Source: Oikopleura dioica
Taxonomy: Eukaryota > Animalia > Chordata
Assembly: GCA_907165135.1 (NCBI GenBank)
Contig: OU015569.1
Location: 7,998,001-8,062,000 of the forward strand
Length of the DNA stretch: 64,000 nucleotides
Direction of reading: 5' to 3'
Position numbers and translations under genes: made by a program. The stretch's first letter is position 1, and each line of letters opens with the position of its first letter. Positions 52,806-64,000 of this stretch are shown here, piece by piece. The notes under the pieces were generated by a model. The model made no database searches. It saw only the letters and a list, made by a program, of their open reading frames with translations, and was not told the DNA's origin.

Positions 52806-53085
52806 TTTAATTAATGATTGAAAAAGAGACTCTGCGCCACTATTTATCAGCCTCTGTGTTTACTCGTCTGATTCCAACGAGAATCTAAAACAACTTTCAT
52901 GGCGACGGAAATCTTAATCATGGCCAGAGACTCATCTTAGCACGTTATTTCTATTTTCGTCGCTTCTACTTGCTAACGATGGCAGAATTAATTCGGACTC
53001 ACTTTTCAGTGTTTCATATATTTTAATACAGTTTCGTCGAAAGCAAGGCATGGAGAACAAATAAAACAGAAAAGTAAACTTTTAT

Positions 53086-54286
53086 TTACTTGGGGCCACC
53101 AACGAAAATAGGACCAAGGACGACGAGAACGTGTTCGTCGCTACTGGCAGATCTTCTCTTTCGGGCGCCCACGCTGGAGCAGTCTGGTACGCATGATTCC
53201 TGATTTGGGTCGCAGATTTGAACCTAATTAAACTTAATGCTTGAATGAAAACACTGAAACTCACATCACAGTGGAGGAAGATATCGCCACCTTCTTCGCC
53301 CTGGAAGTTGAAGGACTCGATCGAGAAAGTAGAAATTCGGTCAAGACCGTTGGCCTGAACATCCAGGGACTGGTAAACGTTGACTTCGTCGTGGCTGCCA
53401 CACTTGTTCTCCAAAAACGTGTATTGGGTGGGGTTGGCGGGGTCGGAGCTAAGAAAATGTAGTTATTATCTCGGCCAAGGCTTCAATTTAGCTCGGCAGT
53501 TGGGTTGCGTTATCTTAGGAATTCTGACTTATTTCTTGTGACTTACTCGGGAGTAGCCCAACAAGTCTCGAGAACAGTGACCATGTCCGTCTCGTCGGTG
53601 ATACCGATGGCTACGTGAAGATCGTCTGGGATATTGACAGTGAAAGTAGAGTCAACTACAGTAGCGAAGCTGGCATCTGAGTAAAGTCCCATTTGAACGT
53701 CGAAAACACCCTCCTCTGAACCAAGGTCGAGCTCGAAGTGAGTAAGGACGGGATTGATCGCGTTGGCAGCGGACAGAGTGACCTCGAGTGGGAAGGCACA
53801 GGAGAATCCGACTTTCATGTCTCGTTTTCGGGTGATGATCTTGTTCTCGGTACCGACAGTCGACTGAACAGCATTCGAGTAGGTCACAAAAGTGCCGTTG
53901 TTCTCCACTAGCGAGCCACACTCCGAGATATCGTTCGACAAAGTGAAAACCCAGTTGTCAGAGCCTGCGTCGAAAGTACCGGTGCAGTTATTCTCGACAT
54001 CGGCAACAAGCTCGCCGAAATCGACGCCGGCAAGGTACGCGCCTGCAGCGTCCATTCGAGCGTTTGCGAAGGCGCAAGCAGGGACTAAATTATTTAAAAA
54101 AGGCTCTTTTGGAAGATTTTTATTGTCCGAATCGGGCGCATTTATGTAGTTAAAAGCGTTAATGAAAAACTTACTTTCGATGGTCATTTGATTAGGCGAG
54201 CAAGTAGTTACGGCATCGTCGAAGCTCTCAGATCCTGTGCAAGACTGGGAAAAAGCAGTGGAAATTATGGCGGAAAAAAGCTTCAT
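53086..54286 (-). CDS. Secreted zona pellucida (ZP) domain protein
   Basis: Signal MKLFSAIISTAFS; ZP-N (CSPNQMTI..ISECG..YSNAV..FSCAF) and ZP-C (LETCWATP..FNF..IFLHCDVQIC); furin site RKRR then a short hydrophobic patch; no TM. Confidence 0.92.
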
Positions 54287-55102
54287 TTTATATTGTGTTA
54301 CGTCTCTCTCTTAAGATTTGACTTTCAGCGTCGGCTGCCGAATACTCTGATATAGTCAGAACGGCGGTGGCGCGCGAGAGAAAAATTACTCGAACCAGCG
54401 GGTATTTCCATGCACCTCATATCTTCTCCATATCTGCTATCGTGTCTGTCCGAGGCTTGAAGAAATTCAACGTTTTTCGATAAAAATCAATTATAATTCT
54501 AAAAATTCTAGCTTCGCGGAAGTTCCGAAAAGTAGATATCATCTCTATATATGCGTAAAAAGCGAATTTTCTCCAGTTCTCCTAGAGAAGTTCTTTTGTA
54601 TCAATGTTGTTTTTTTATCTTTTAAATTCAAAGCTATTCATATATAATATATAATGTTATGTAATGTCGTAGTTCTATGTGACATAGACTATGTCTGACA
54701 TAGAATTTTATATGTAAAATGAAGTGTCCATTTTAGAACAAATCTCAACGCGTGCCTTTTGGAGTCATTTTTTAGAATTGCTCCGTGTTTATCGTGATGA
54801 CAAAAGTGCTTGTTTTTGATGCAAAGGATGAAAATTGATTAACCAAAATATGGATCAGCGATTTTTGAATTCGATAGTTTTACATTCGTTACTGCCGAAG
54901 TAAACTTGTTGCCATAATTTCAATCAGATTTCATGCATCAAATTCATTCGACAAAGATAGGACCAAGCGGACGTTCCATCGTAAGCAGATTTTTACGAGT
55001 AATCCTCGTGGCGTAATCTTCACTTTTAGAAGTCGTAATGGAGCACGAATCAAATGTCATGCCTTGGATCATAAAGTCCGAGAAGATTCAAATTTATTCC
55101 TT

Positions 55103-57603
55103 CTACGCAGATGGGAAAAACTCCTTGAAAGATCGAGTCATGAAATCAACGTTGCTTCGCCAGAGATCAGTAAGTTCGAAATGAATGAACTGGTTTTTGC
55201 TTTTGATAATTTCTTCGTCGCCATATCTTTGGCAGCTGAAGAAGCTATTTCAAGTAATTCATATATTTTAAGTGCATACCTCAAAGCATGGGCGGTGTCA
55301 AAGTCGGTCTGGTCTCTATCCCTGTTTATGAATCTGCCCAAAGTATTCGTTCCTGCGCAAAGAGCAGCAAAATCCTTGTCTTGTTCGCTTACCAAGGTTT
55401 GAATTTGAATATTAGTATTGTTTTATTTTCAATTAAGAAGTTTTATTTGATGCCTGATTCTGTGGCAATAAAAATCGCATCTTGAATCCGTTCCTGTTGC
55501 AGCTGCGAATGAGATAGCTATAAGCAGGATTGAATCCATTCTCTTTGCCGTGCTGGATGACTTTTTCTGTCATGAATTCGGCCATCTTATTTGCGCTTCC
55601 GCCCTCGAATTTCGGAAGGTAGCCACTGCTCGCGCCGTTGACAACAGCGTTGCTAATGAAGCCGTCCGAGCCGTCTCTGCGCGCCATTCCATGCTGTTGA
55701 AGATGAATGAAATCGTGCTCCCCGTCGAAAACTCTCGTTTTCGTATCTCGCCACATCTCGTGCACCTCTTCGTTGTAGTACTGAAAGAATGACTCCGCTT
55801 TTTCAACAGTTTGCCAAATTTACGTTTTTTCAATCCGCTTTGACGGAGCTTACTACTACCGCGTAAAAATATAATCTTTGATAAGGAGAGCAAGAGCACG
55901 TTGGCTAGTGCGAATTCAGCTATAATTTTTCTGAACCGAAAAAGCATTGATAATACTCCGGAATTTCAAGGCGCCTATCTTATCTTGCCTAGCCGTGTAG
56001 ATACATAAGAAACCGTCACTGTTGGTGGTGGTGCTTATCGCGTTAAGTGCGCCAAAATTTTTCGCAAGAGGATTTACGTGGTAACACTCGCAAACCGTTT
56101 CCTACATGAGAAGCGTCTGACATTCTAAAGGGCTCTGATTGCCCACAGACGGAGGTTTTGCCACTGCAGTTGCTAAACTCTTCGCTGAAACAGCGATGCG
56201 TACCAGTCACTGAAAACGTTCGCGTTCCGTGGTCAAACAGAGATGCCATTATATGACCCACTTTGCCGTCGAAAAGCGGATGTGACGCAGATGTAGCTAG
56301 ATTACGGCTTACATTCTCGCTTGGTCTAAGAAAGAAGTACCCGCGTCTATAGCCAAATAAGATGAAAACTCGTAATTAAGATATTTTTACCTCATCGTGC
56401 CAAAGCCGAAATCGTTCTCGCTTTCAATTTGACCGAATTCTCTAGCGGGCACCATTCCGTACACGGTTTCATTCGCCAACTCCAACTCCAGAATCTCGTA
56501 ATTAAGAGGCTCCAAGCAAAAGTTCGCCTGCTGCCATTGTTCACGTAAGAAAAACTGGAAAGTGTCATGATTCATGAAGAAATTTCATCGAAAATTTTAT
56601 GCATAATTGAATCTACAGCTATGTTTTTACCCTTGAACAGACTCTAAATACACGCTCTTCGAGACGACTTCATTGGAGTTGAATTTCAAGTGTTGAAAGT
56701 TGTTAACGAAGAGAAATCAAATCAAATTACAACCCTTAATCTTGGCGTGGAAAATATTTTTCTGCTCAGTTTAAAATCATTCGTTATAATGTCAGGAAAA
56801 AGTCGCCCGAGATAAAATTGATAAAAGGTCAACGGAAAGGGTTTAAATTAAAGTTTCGAGCGTCGATTCGAAAATATACGATTATATAATTTCAACCCTT
56901 ATCGAAAAATTCTTCTCGGTTCGCATGATAAAGGTGAATAACTGGATGGTACGGTGATAAGCGCCTGGGGATAAGGTGAGAACTAACAGGGCCTTGAGGA
57001 AAGCAATAATCTTCCTTTTTTATACTAGAAAAAGGGATGGCGATTTATAAGCAGCTTTTCTCTGATGAAAAGATCTTACCAGGGAGCATTGATAAAAGAT
57101 CAGCCGCTCAGTTTCAGTTATCTCCAAGAACACACCAGGCGGAAGCGAATTTTTCTTAAAAAACAAACGTAATTACATTGCTCTTCATTCAATGAAGATT
57201 TTTATGCTTAGTTTATTTTGCGCCTTTCGAATTACTTTAAATCTATTTCCTGTGCTCAGAGAGCTAATAAAATCCAACAGAAAAACTGAACCAAGGATTC
57301 CTCACCCTGGCAATATCTGGATAAATATTGTCCACGAAGAAGTTATGAAATGAAGCCGCATAATCGAATCTATACGCCTGCGCCAGGTGCATTAGAAGGG
57401 GTGACAATTTCATTATTCGCGCTTTCAGTCTCAAGTTCTCGCTTTTGATTTCGTTTATTAGAAGTCTTCTGCAGAAAGCACTCTCTCGACTGATACGGTA
57501 AATCGCAGAGCAAATAAAGGATCAAGGTTAATAGTATTATTAAATAATGGAGAAGAGATATAATTCCAGCAAAGAAATTCCCCAATTTTCCAGCTGCTCC
57601 CAT
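55103..57603 (-). CDS. Putative type II membrane or secreted Zn-dependent hydrolase of a mostly microbial family; 5' exon linkage uncertain
   Basis: Spliced motifs SHPLFD, GTHRC..CSGKTSVC..MSDASH, FIHLQQHG, FISN, LCAGTNTLGRFIN and QFIHFE (after GT-AG intron removal), stop at 55103. Upstream ORF MGAAG..IISLLHYLIILLTLILYLL supplies a candidate N-terminal TM. Confidence 0.65.
56810..57123. promoter_or_regulatory. Cluster of GATAA cores (candidate GATA enhancer)
   Basis: Eight GATAA/TTATC cores at about 56811, 56820, 56899, 56927, 56956, 56970, 57091 and 57118. Confidence 0.3.
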
Positions 57604-58391
57604 TTTCTGAAGAAAGTCACTTCTGATAAGAACGAGATCTGATGGAAAACAGTCGTTCAAACAAGCGATAAAACAGCGAAGTCAACTCTAAATTCTTTGC
57701 ACCGAAATTAAAGATATGCTCGTGCGAGTGAAATCAATGGTCGAAAGATGGAACCGCCCAGGTTTCTATGATTCTTACGGAATTTCGCAACTATTTCGTT
57801 TGCCCGTGAATGAGCGTCCAATGGGTCGTGGCTGCTGCATCAAAGCCCTTCTTATGCGAATTCCAGTGCCAGACAAAAGCTGCCCCAGTAAAGCAGATTT
57901 TGCTCATCCAACTTGCTGGTTTGAAAAATTCAATTTCGCTTTCGCGTTATTAATTTTGGGGATCTTCAATTGGTTTTGAGATTTTTCCTGAATCAGTAAA
58001 ATCAGATTTTACTCGTAGCACATGTCGACTGGGAAATAGAATATTGCGTGTGAAATCAAGCCTTGATTATCAAGGAGGAAATTTTAATGATATTTAGACT
58101 CACGTGTTTAAAAGTAAAGTTATTATCGAGGACATAAAAAATTCAAGAGCTTGAACAAGGCTGGCAAGTGGCAGGTTTGGGATTATAGAAGCTAAATTAT
58201 GAGTTTATAATCTGCACCAGATTGCGTTCTGTTAGGAGATTGTTAAAGTTGGATTTATTATTCATACGAACTACGGCTATGAAATGGCCACTTGGGAAAC
58301 TTTGCGGAATGAGCACGGACAATCTTGTCCAACTCGCCGTGAACAAGAGATACAGTAGAAGACAGCAACCGAATTTTTACTTTTCCCCATC

Positions 58392-60875
58392 ATGGGCTGG
58401 CATCTTGTCGAAAGAGTCGTCGATTCAGGTGAGCGAGAATACAGTTAACTTTTCTGCTATTTTGAAGTTTCCGCTTACGCAACTCTCACTGGAAGGCTCT
58501 GGACTACAGTGCTCTTTCTTCTACGAATAGTCGTCATAACTTCAATCGGGTAGGATTGAGACGGGAGCTTTTCCAGCCATTAGCTTTTCCAGCCGTTAGC
58601 TTTTCCAGCCATTAGCTTTTCCAGCCTTGCTGGAAATTCTAATTTGCTGGAAAAGCTAATATACTGGAATAGCTTCTTTCAGATTGATATTTTTCTAATG
58701 AAATATAAGTTGATAAAATAAGTACTATATTTATTAAAAAGTCTATTTACTTAGACGTGCTTTTTTTAAGGTTAACGAAGTTTTCCAGCCCACTTCCGCT
58801 TTATAGACCGCTGAACACCATATATTTTTAGAATCAGTAGAAAATTTTAAGAACTTTGACGGTTTAAAATTCTAGAAAACTCCACTTCCGGTCGATTCTA
58901 GAGCCGGAAATTGACGTAATTAAGGTGTCATGGTGAAGTTTGACCTATCAAATTGATGATTTGACGATTTCCTATCATTTTAGAAAAGAATAAAGACTAA
59001 CCGCGGTCAAACCATCCGAAAAAAAAACTGAAAAAAATTTCATCAATTTACGCCTTTTTTACATAATTTTGCCGGTCGGTTTGACCACGTTTGGGACTGT
59101 TTCTTCTGATACATTGATTATAGGATGACTCAAAATCTTCCGAGCATCAATTTGATAGGTCATACTCTACCATCACACCTAAATTTCGTCAACTTCCGGC
59201 TCTAGAATTGACCGGAAGTGGACTTTTCTAGAATTTTAAACCGTCAAAGTTCTAAAAATTTTCTGCTGATTCTAAAAAGGTATGGACCATACCGTATGGT
59301 GTTCGGGGGTCTATAAGGCGGAAGTGGGCTGGAAAACTTGGTGAACCTTAATATAAGCACGTCTTAGTGAAATATAATTAATAATAATTTATTATTAATA
59401 CATAATCGTCGATTAGTATAAAATTTATCGAAAGATCGTTTTCAAAGGAGGTCGGGATTTTTGGTACTCCTTGTTCCGATTTTGGTACATGGTGAGTACT
59501 GCGAGCATGGCTGTTGATTTCGGAGCGTTCGCGTTTCTCAGAAAACGATCTCTCGATAATTCTTATATTAATCGACGATTATTAATTAATTATGATATTT
59601 CACAAAGTAAATACACTTTTCAATAAAAATAGTACTTATTTTATCAAACTATATTTTCATTGGAAAAATATCAATCTGAAAGAAGCTTTTCCAGCCATTA
59701 GCTTTTCCAGCCGTTAGCTTTTCCAGCCTTGCTGGAAATTCTAATATGCTGGAAAAGCTAACGGCTGGAAAAGCTAATGGCTGGAAAAGCTCCCGTCTCG
59801 GTAGGATTAAATCAACGCCCAACATCATTTAATTTTGCTTAACTAATCTAATAATTTCCTAGAGAGCATGTTTACGGCGATGAGCAGTCGGCTTTTGACT
59901 GTAATACCAAAGAAACCGGTTGTCCAAATGCATGCTACTCAGGTACCCCGCTTTTACTATTTTTTATTATGTTAAATTGGTAAGCCTTTGCACCTATTTC
60001 ACAAATACGATTCTGGGGTGCTCAAATAATTTGCGTCGCTACACCTGGTGCATTCTTTGTTGTCTACTCAATCCAAAGCAAAAACAAATTATCAAAATGC
60101 GTGAGCCATGCGCATCCTGCCAAAGCTGAAGAAGAAGTAAGATCAGCTATTCCTAAGAGAAGAAAAAGGTTCGAAGAATAAGTATACAATGACCATCGAA
60201 TTCGACGAGAACCCTGTAAAGACCCTCGCATGCTCTCATTACTCTTACAAGTCGTGGCGCAACCGATGACGGAAAAGATGAATGCCAAGTGCGCGAGAAG
60301 AAATTATTACGAGCGTATTTTGTTTACTGGGATTGAAATTTATAAAAAAAAGCGTTATCTTAGCAATTATCAATTTGCATCCTTTCTCAAGCGCAAGCTG
60401 TTGCACGACTATTACTAGAATGCTGCTTTTTCTATGGTCAAATGCTGCTTTATGGAACAGAGTAAGATCAGTTTCACCTAACGAGTCATAAAGAAAACTA
60501 AGAGTTAACATGCTTTATATTTGCGAGCAGTCGCCTTGTCCTCTTCCAACACAATGTTGGGTTTCGCGTCCAATGGAAAAGACGATTTTTCTCCGATTTA
60601 TGACGATAATGAACGCCTTTTCAATTCTTCTCTCAATGATCGAGATCCTGCAGCTAATGTCTCGCCGAGCGCGCAAGATGATTTTAAAGCATCGGATCAA
60701 GAAACTCCAAAATGCTCAATCGTTCGATGACCTGAGGTACGAGACTTCTTATCTTTCTTTTAATCACTTTCAATTCAATAGTACCTCGAGCGCAAGCTCT
60801 TCTGAAATCCATGAAAAATATGCAATATCGGAAAACGAGTTTAAAAAGCCTATACGAAATAAATTCTACGTTTAA
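58392..60875 (+). CDS. Connexin (gap junction protein), intron-containing
   Basis: [34 protein letters not shown]; extracellular loop 1 [33 protein letters not shown]; extracellular loop 2 [25 protein letters not shown]. Confidence 0.95.
58558..59799. mobile_element. Foldback/Mutator-like non-autonomous element with long TIRs, 9-bp TSD and a nested smaller palindromic MITE (about 59368-59604)
   Basis: Ends GAGACGGGAGCTTTTCCAGCC.. and ..GGCTGGAAAAGCTCCCGTCTC, with TSD GGTAGGATT on both sides (58549-58557, 59800-59808). 15-bp AGCTTTTCCAGCC(A/G)TT subrepeats. Arms pair over several hundred bp. Confidence 0.92.
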
Positions 60876-60927
60876 GATTTTCAATTTTATTTAGCAAATG
60901 TAAATTGTATAAAACAGGGTCAAATTT

Positions 60928-62846
60928 TTATTTGATGATGATTTGGGGAGCTGGTCCAGCAGCATGCACCTGAAGGAACAATTCAAGGAGAATCGATTCT
61001 TGAATAAAACTTACGGATTGATCATGGATGCGGGGAAGTTGAATAACATATTGAATAACTTTATCATTCGTTTGATGCGGTGGAGCTTGCGAGACTGAAC
61101 GCTGATCCACAACAGATGGAGCGTAGCCGACAGTCTGGCTTGGTAAGACATTTGCAGTATGCTGATGATATTTAAATAAAATGCCATTCTCTTTCAAAAT
61201 GCTTACCATTAGAGGAGCTGGCTGATGATATTCATAAGGTCGGTTATACTGCTGCTGTGGAACTGTAAAAGTATGATCTTGAGGAGCGTATGAAGCAGCA
61301 GGATAATAATTCTGAGGCGGTGGTGCCATTTGCTCGTTGATGGGTGGCTGAGCGTATTGAGGAATGTGATTTCGGAAATGCCCTGGATGTTCTGGTATGG
61401 GAGCTGGCTGGTGGATTGGCTGCTGCACAGAGCGCCGGTGAGCGGTACTATCATCGTAGTAGCCTCTCTGTGGATATGATTGCGGAGGAATAGCTTGTCC
61501 AACGACAGAAGGAGCCATTTGAGAAGGCTGAATTTTTATTTAGCAAGAACCTAGAATAGCTAGCTCTACGGGATTTTGGTCATTTATTTCTCGATTAAAG
61601 TTCTCTGCATCTTCTAGTGGCGGGGTAAGAGGTGGCATCGGAATATTACTCTCTCGGTGGGTGGGGCCTAAACGGCCGTAGTTAACGCGATAGATGGGCA
61701 TTTTGCACGAGAGTAAAGGGATTTGAGTTTATCTCGAAAACGATGCGCAAAAGTAAAGATTGACTTTTCTCAGTTCGAAGTGTTACTTGCCTGTGCTGAC
61801 GGAGCTCGATTATGACTTCGCGGGGGAACGCTTTGCTGATTCGATGAGTGGAGAGGCATCCCTTGGAACTGGGATCCAGAGGAATGATAGGCGTAAGACT
61901 TTCCTTGAGTCCCTCTTTGATTCATTCCTTGTGCTTGATGAACCGTCTGAGGCGGATTATGTTCTGGTTGAGGCTTCGCGGGTTCTCCAAAAATGTCGAT
62001 TTTTGGTTTTCGGTGGTTCGGAATCTAGGAAGATGGTAACAGGGATTATTTCTAGGGAATTTGACCTTGAATCTTTTCACAGTTCCAAATTTCTTTTCAT
62101 TGCGAGCGAAATCTAAGCCATAATTGCCAGTAGAAGTATCGATTTCGCCATCGGCTTTCTTCAAACTTCGTTTATTTGCCGCTTCAGCTGCTTGAGCTGC
62201 AATATACGAAATCGAAGGAACGTCCTATATTTTAACAAAATAAATTTGAAGACAACTGTCTACCTTAGATTTTGGAACACCCATAACTTCCGACTCTCTA
62301 ACTTCTGGGGCCGGCTTGAAAGCCGAAAGAGCTGGGGGCGCTGGTGGAGCTACAGGTGGGCGTTCTTCATCTGATGATGGTTCCGGCTTTTTCAAGTTAA
62401 AAATCCAAATCAAGATTTAATAATTTCAATTAAAATTTATAATTTAGATGTTAATATTTAACTTGGCTCAGGCAGAGGCTCAGGATCGGAATCAAAGTCT
62501 ACTGGAGTGATTACACGAGTTTGAGAAGTTTGAGCTCTTGATTCAACAATCAGAGGCGGTGTTGGTGACTTTATTGGCGGTGGAGGTGGCGTTTTCTCAA
62601 CGGGTGCGGGCGTTGGCGACTTAGGACTAGGCGTCGGCTCTTTTGGTGGGGGAGGGGTGGGCGACTTCGATACTAGCACTGTCCTCCTGACTTCTCGGGA
62701 TGGTTTGCGAGGCGGCTCTTCGTCCGAAGACTCAGAAGAGGATTCGTCCATTTTAGTGACTACAAATCGTATGATTGCTGTTTAAATTTACAATTTTTAA
62801 ACTTGCCTTGATTTGTTGGAGTAACAGGGGCAATTTTGCGTCCACC
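60928..62846 (-). CDS. Pro/Ser/Gln-rich low-complexity multi-exon protein, possibly the 3' part of the PDZ gene
   Basis: In-frame exons GGRKIAPVTPTNQ, AIIRFVVTKMDESSSESSDEEPPRK..SPTPPPP and MAPSVVGQAIPPQSYPQ.., stop at 60928. Confidence 0.65.
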
Positions 62847-62908
62847 TGCGAAATCGAAGGAATCTTTTCAGGGTTCTGAAAATTCAATTTCCCGACTCAA
62901 AACTTTTC

Positions 62909-63380
62909 ATTATTGGCCGGAAAAAATATAAATTTTCGGCCTTCGAACAGCCATAACTCACGTGATACTCTTTGAAACCAGATGATCCAGGTATCAATGG
63001 AAAGCTCAGATTCTGAGGATTGGGGGAAAGCAAAAATTTTTCCGAAAAATCGGTTTTTGCTGATTGGCCAAAAATTAAAATATTAATTTTCGTCATTCAG
63101 AATCGATTTTTTTCAAATTTCTTTTCTTTGCCCCAATCCTCAGAAGCTGAGCTTTCTAAAAATATATCAATCACGTGATTTCATCATCTGTCACGTGAGA
63201 TATGGCAGTTCGTATAAAATTCATGAAAATGGCCTCAGAATCGCCCCAGGCTATGAAAACAAGTTTTTTCCAGGTGTTTTCTAGAGTTTAGACGATGACA
63301 AAAACGGTCAAGATAATGATTTATCCCCAAGTTGAAATTTTTGTCAAAATTGAAAATTTATATTTTTTCCGACCATTATT
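62909..63380. mobile_element. MITE-like element with outer and inner inverted repeats
   Basis: TATTGGCCGGAAAAAATATAAATTTTC pairs with GAAAATTTATATTTTTTCCGACCATTA. An inner pair GAAAGCTCAGATTCTGAGGATTGGGG / CCCCAATCCTCAGAAGCTGAGCTTTC spans about 63000-63157. No clear TSD found. Confidence 0.7.
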
Positions 63381-63504
63381 TTCCCAGGCTGAATATCCGA
63401 CTGGCGCTATTCAAGAGATGTGTTCTCATGATGCGCGGGCCAATGAGGAAGTCGATCCATGCTAAATCGAGACTGGGAAAAATGAAAATTAATTTTTCGC
63501 GACC

Positions 63505-64000
63505 CTAATCGATGGAAGAAGCTTCGGTTTCTGATTCAGAGCTATCAAACTCCGCCAAAGGAATTTGAACTGCATCAGATGGGTCGATCATTCGTTGCTG
63601 TGAATTAAATTACAGTTATTTTAGAAATAAGAAATAAACAATAAGTTAATTACCCGATCGAAATGCCAATCCATGGATTCTAAATCAGCCAGCAGCAGAA
63701 CCATTCTCTTGCCAGCGTTTTGAATTAAAAGCTTCAAATCATCATGGTTTTTGCCTGCGACGGGAATTTCATTGATTTCCAGCAAGTAATCGCCGACTAG
63801 ATATAAAATAACGAAGAATTCGACCTTTCGTGCTTACTCCTTGCAGAAGTTTTTGCGGCAGGTCCCGACGAAGCAATTGAAATAAGTCGATGCGAGCTGG
63901 CTCCGAATTTATCGTCTTCCGTACCAATCTCGATACCAAACGTTTGATTTTTCTTCTTCAACAAAACCAAACGAGGAAGAGGTTGGGGCGTGTTTGGCAA
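63505..64000 (-). CDS. PDZ-domain protein (NHERF/PDZK1-like PDZ), continues beyond the window
   Basis: RLVLLKKKNQTFGIEI..SGPAAK, VGDYLLEINEIPVAGKNHDDLKLLIQNAGKRMVLLLAD. Confidence 0.8.

Noticed and set aside
57716-57979. 87-aa ORF between hydrolase and connexin
   Set aside because: No motif support; lies in a probable divergent promoter region.
58558-58630. 15-bp tandem repeat as a satellite or CRISPR repeat
   Set aside because: It is the subterminal repeat of the foldback element's TIR, mirrored at 59684-59799.
1-64000. rRNA, tRNA or autonomous transposase/RT genes
   Set aside because: None recognised by eye; a covariance-model scan would be needed to exclude small ncRNAs.

Overview
Eukaryotic, very gene-dense window with tiny introns (mostly 30-90 nt), many with non-canonical GA/GC/GG donors, and head-to-tail gene runs. 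With a connexin (a chordate-restricted family) and an LPMO-chitinase, this strongly suggests a larvacean tunicate such as Oikopleura dioica (inferred, not searched). Most listed ORFs are exon fragments, so genes were reassembled by hand across splice sites. Recognisable genes are a PCSK5/6-like convertase, a DEP-domain protein, ATOS/FAM214, ANKRD33B-like, KLHDC4 (with a nested antisense tetraspanin), DR1, RNMT, JOSD1, GINS3, a ZP protein, a connexin and a PDZ protein, plus four MITE-type elements. The most unusual items are: (1) a protein kinase spliced in frame to a papain-fold cysteine protease with an intact Q/C/H/N set; (2) an AA15 LPMO-sushi-CBM2-like-2xCBM14-GH18 polysaccharide-degrading polyprotein; (3) a mini laminin-alpha-like chain carrying tandem C-type lectins; (4) a bacterial-type putative Zn hydrolase; (5) a convertase with a Cys-rich repeat inserted into its P domain. 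All family assignments come from recalled motifs; no database search was run.
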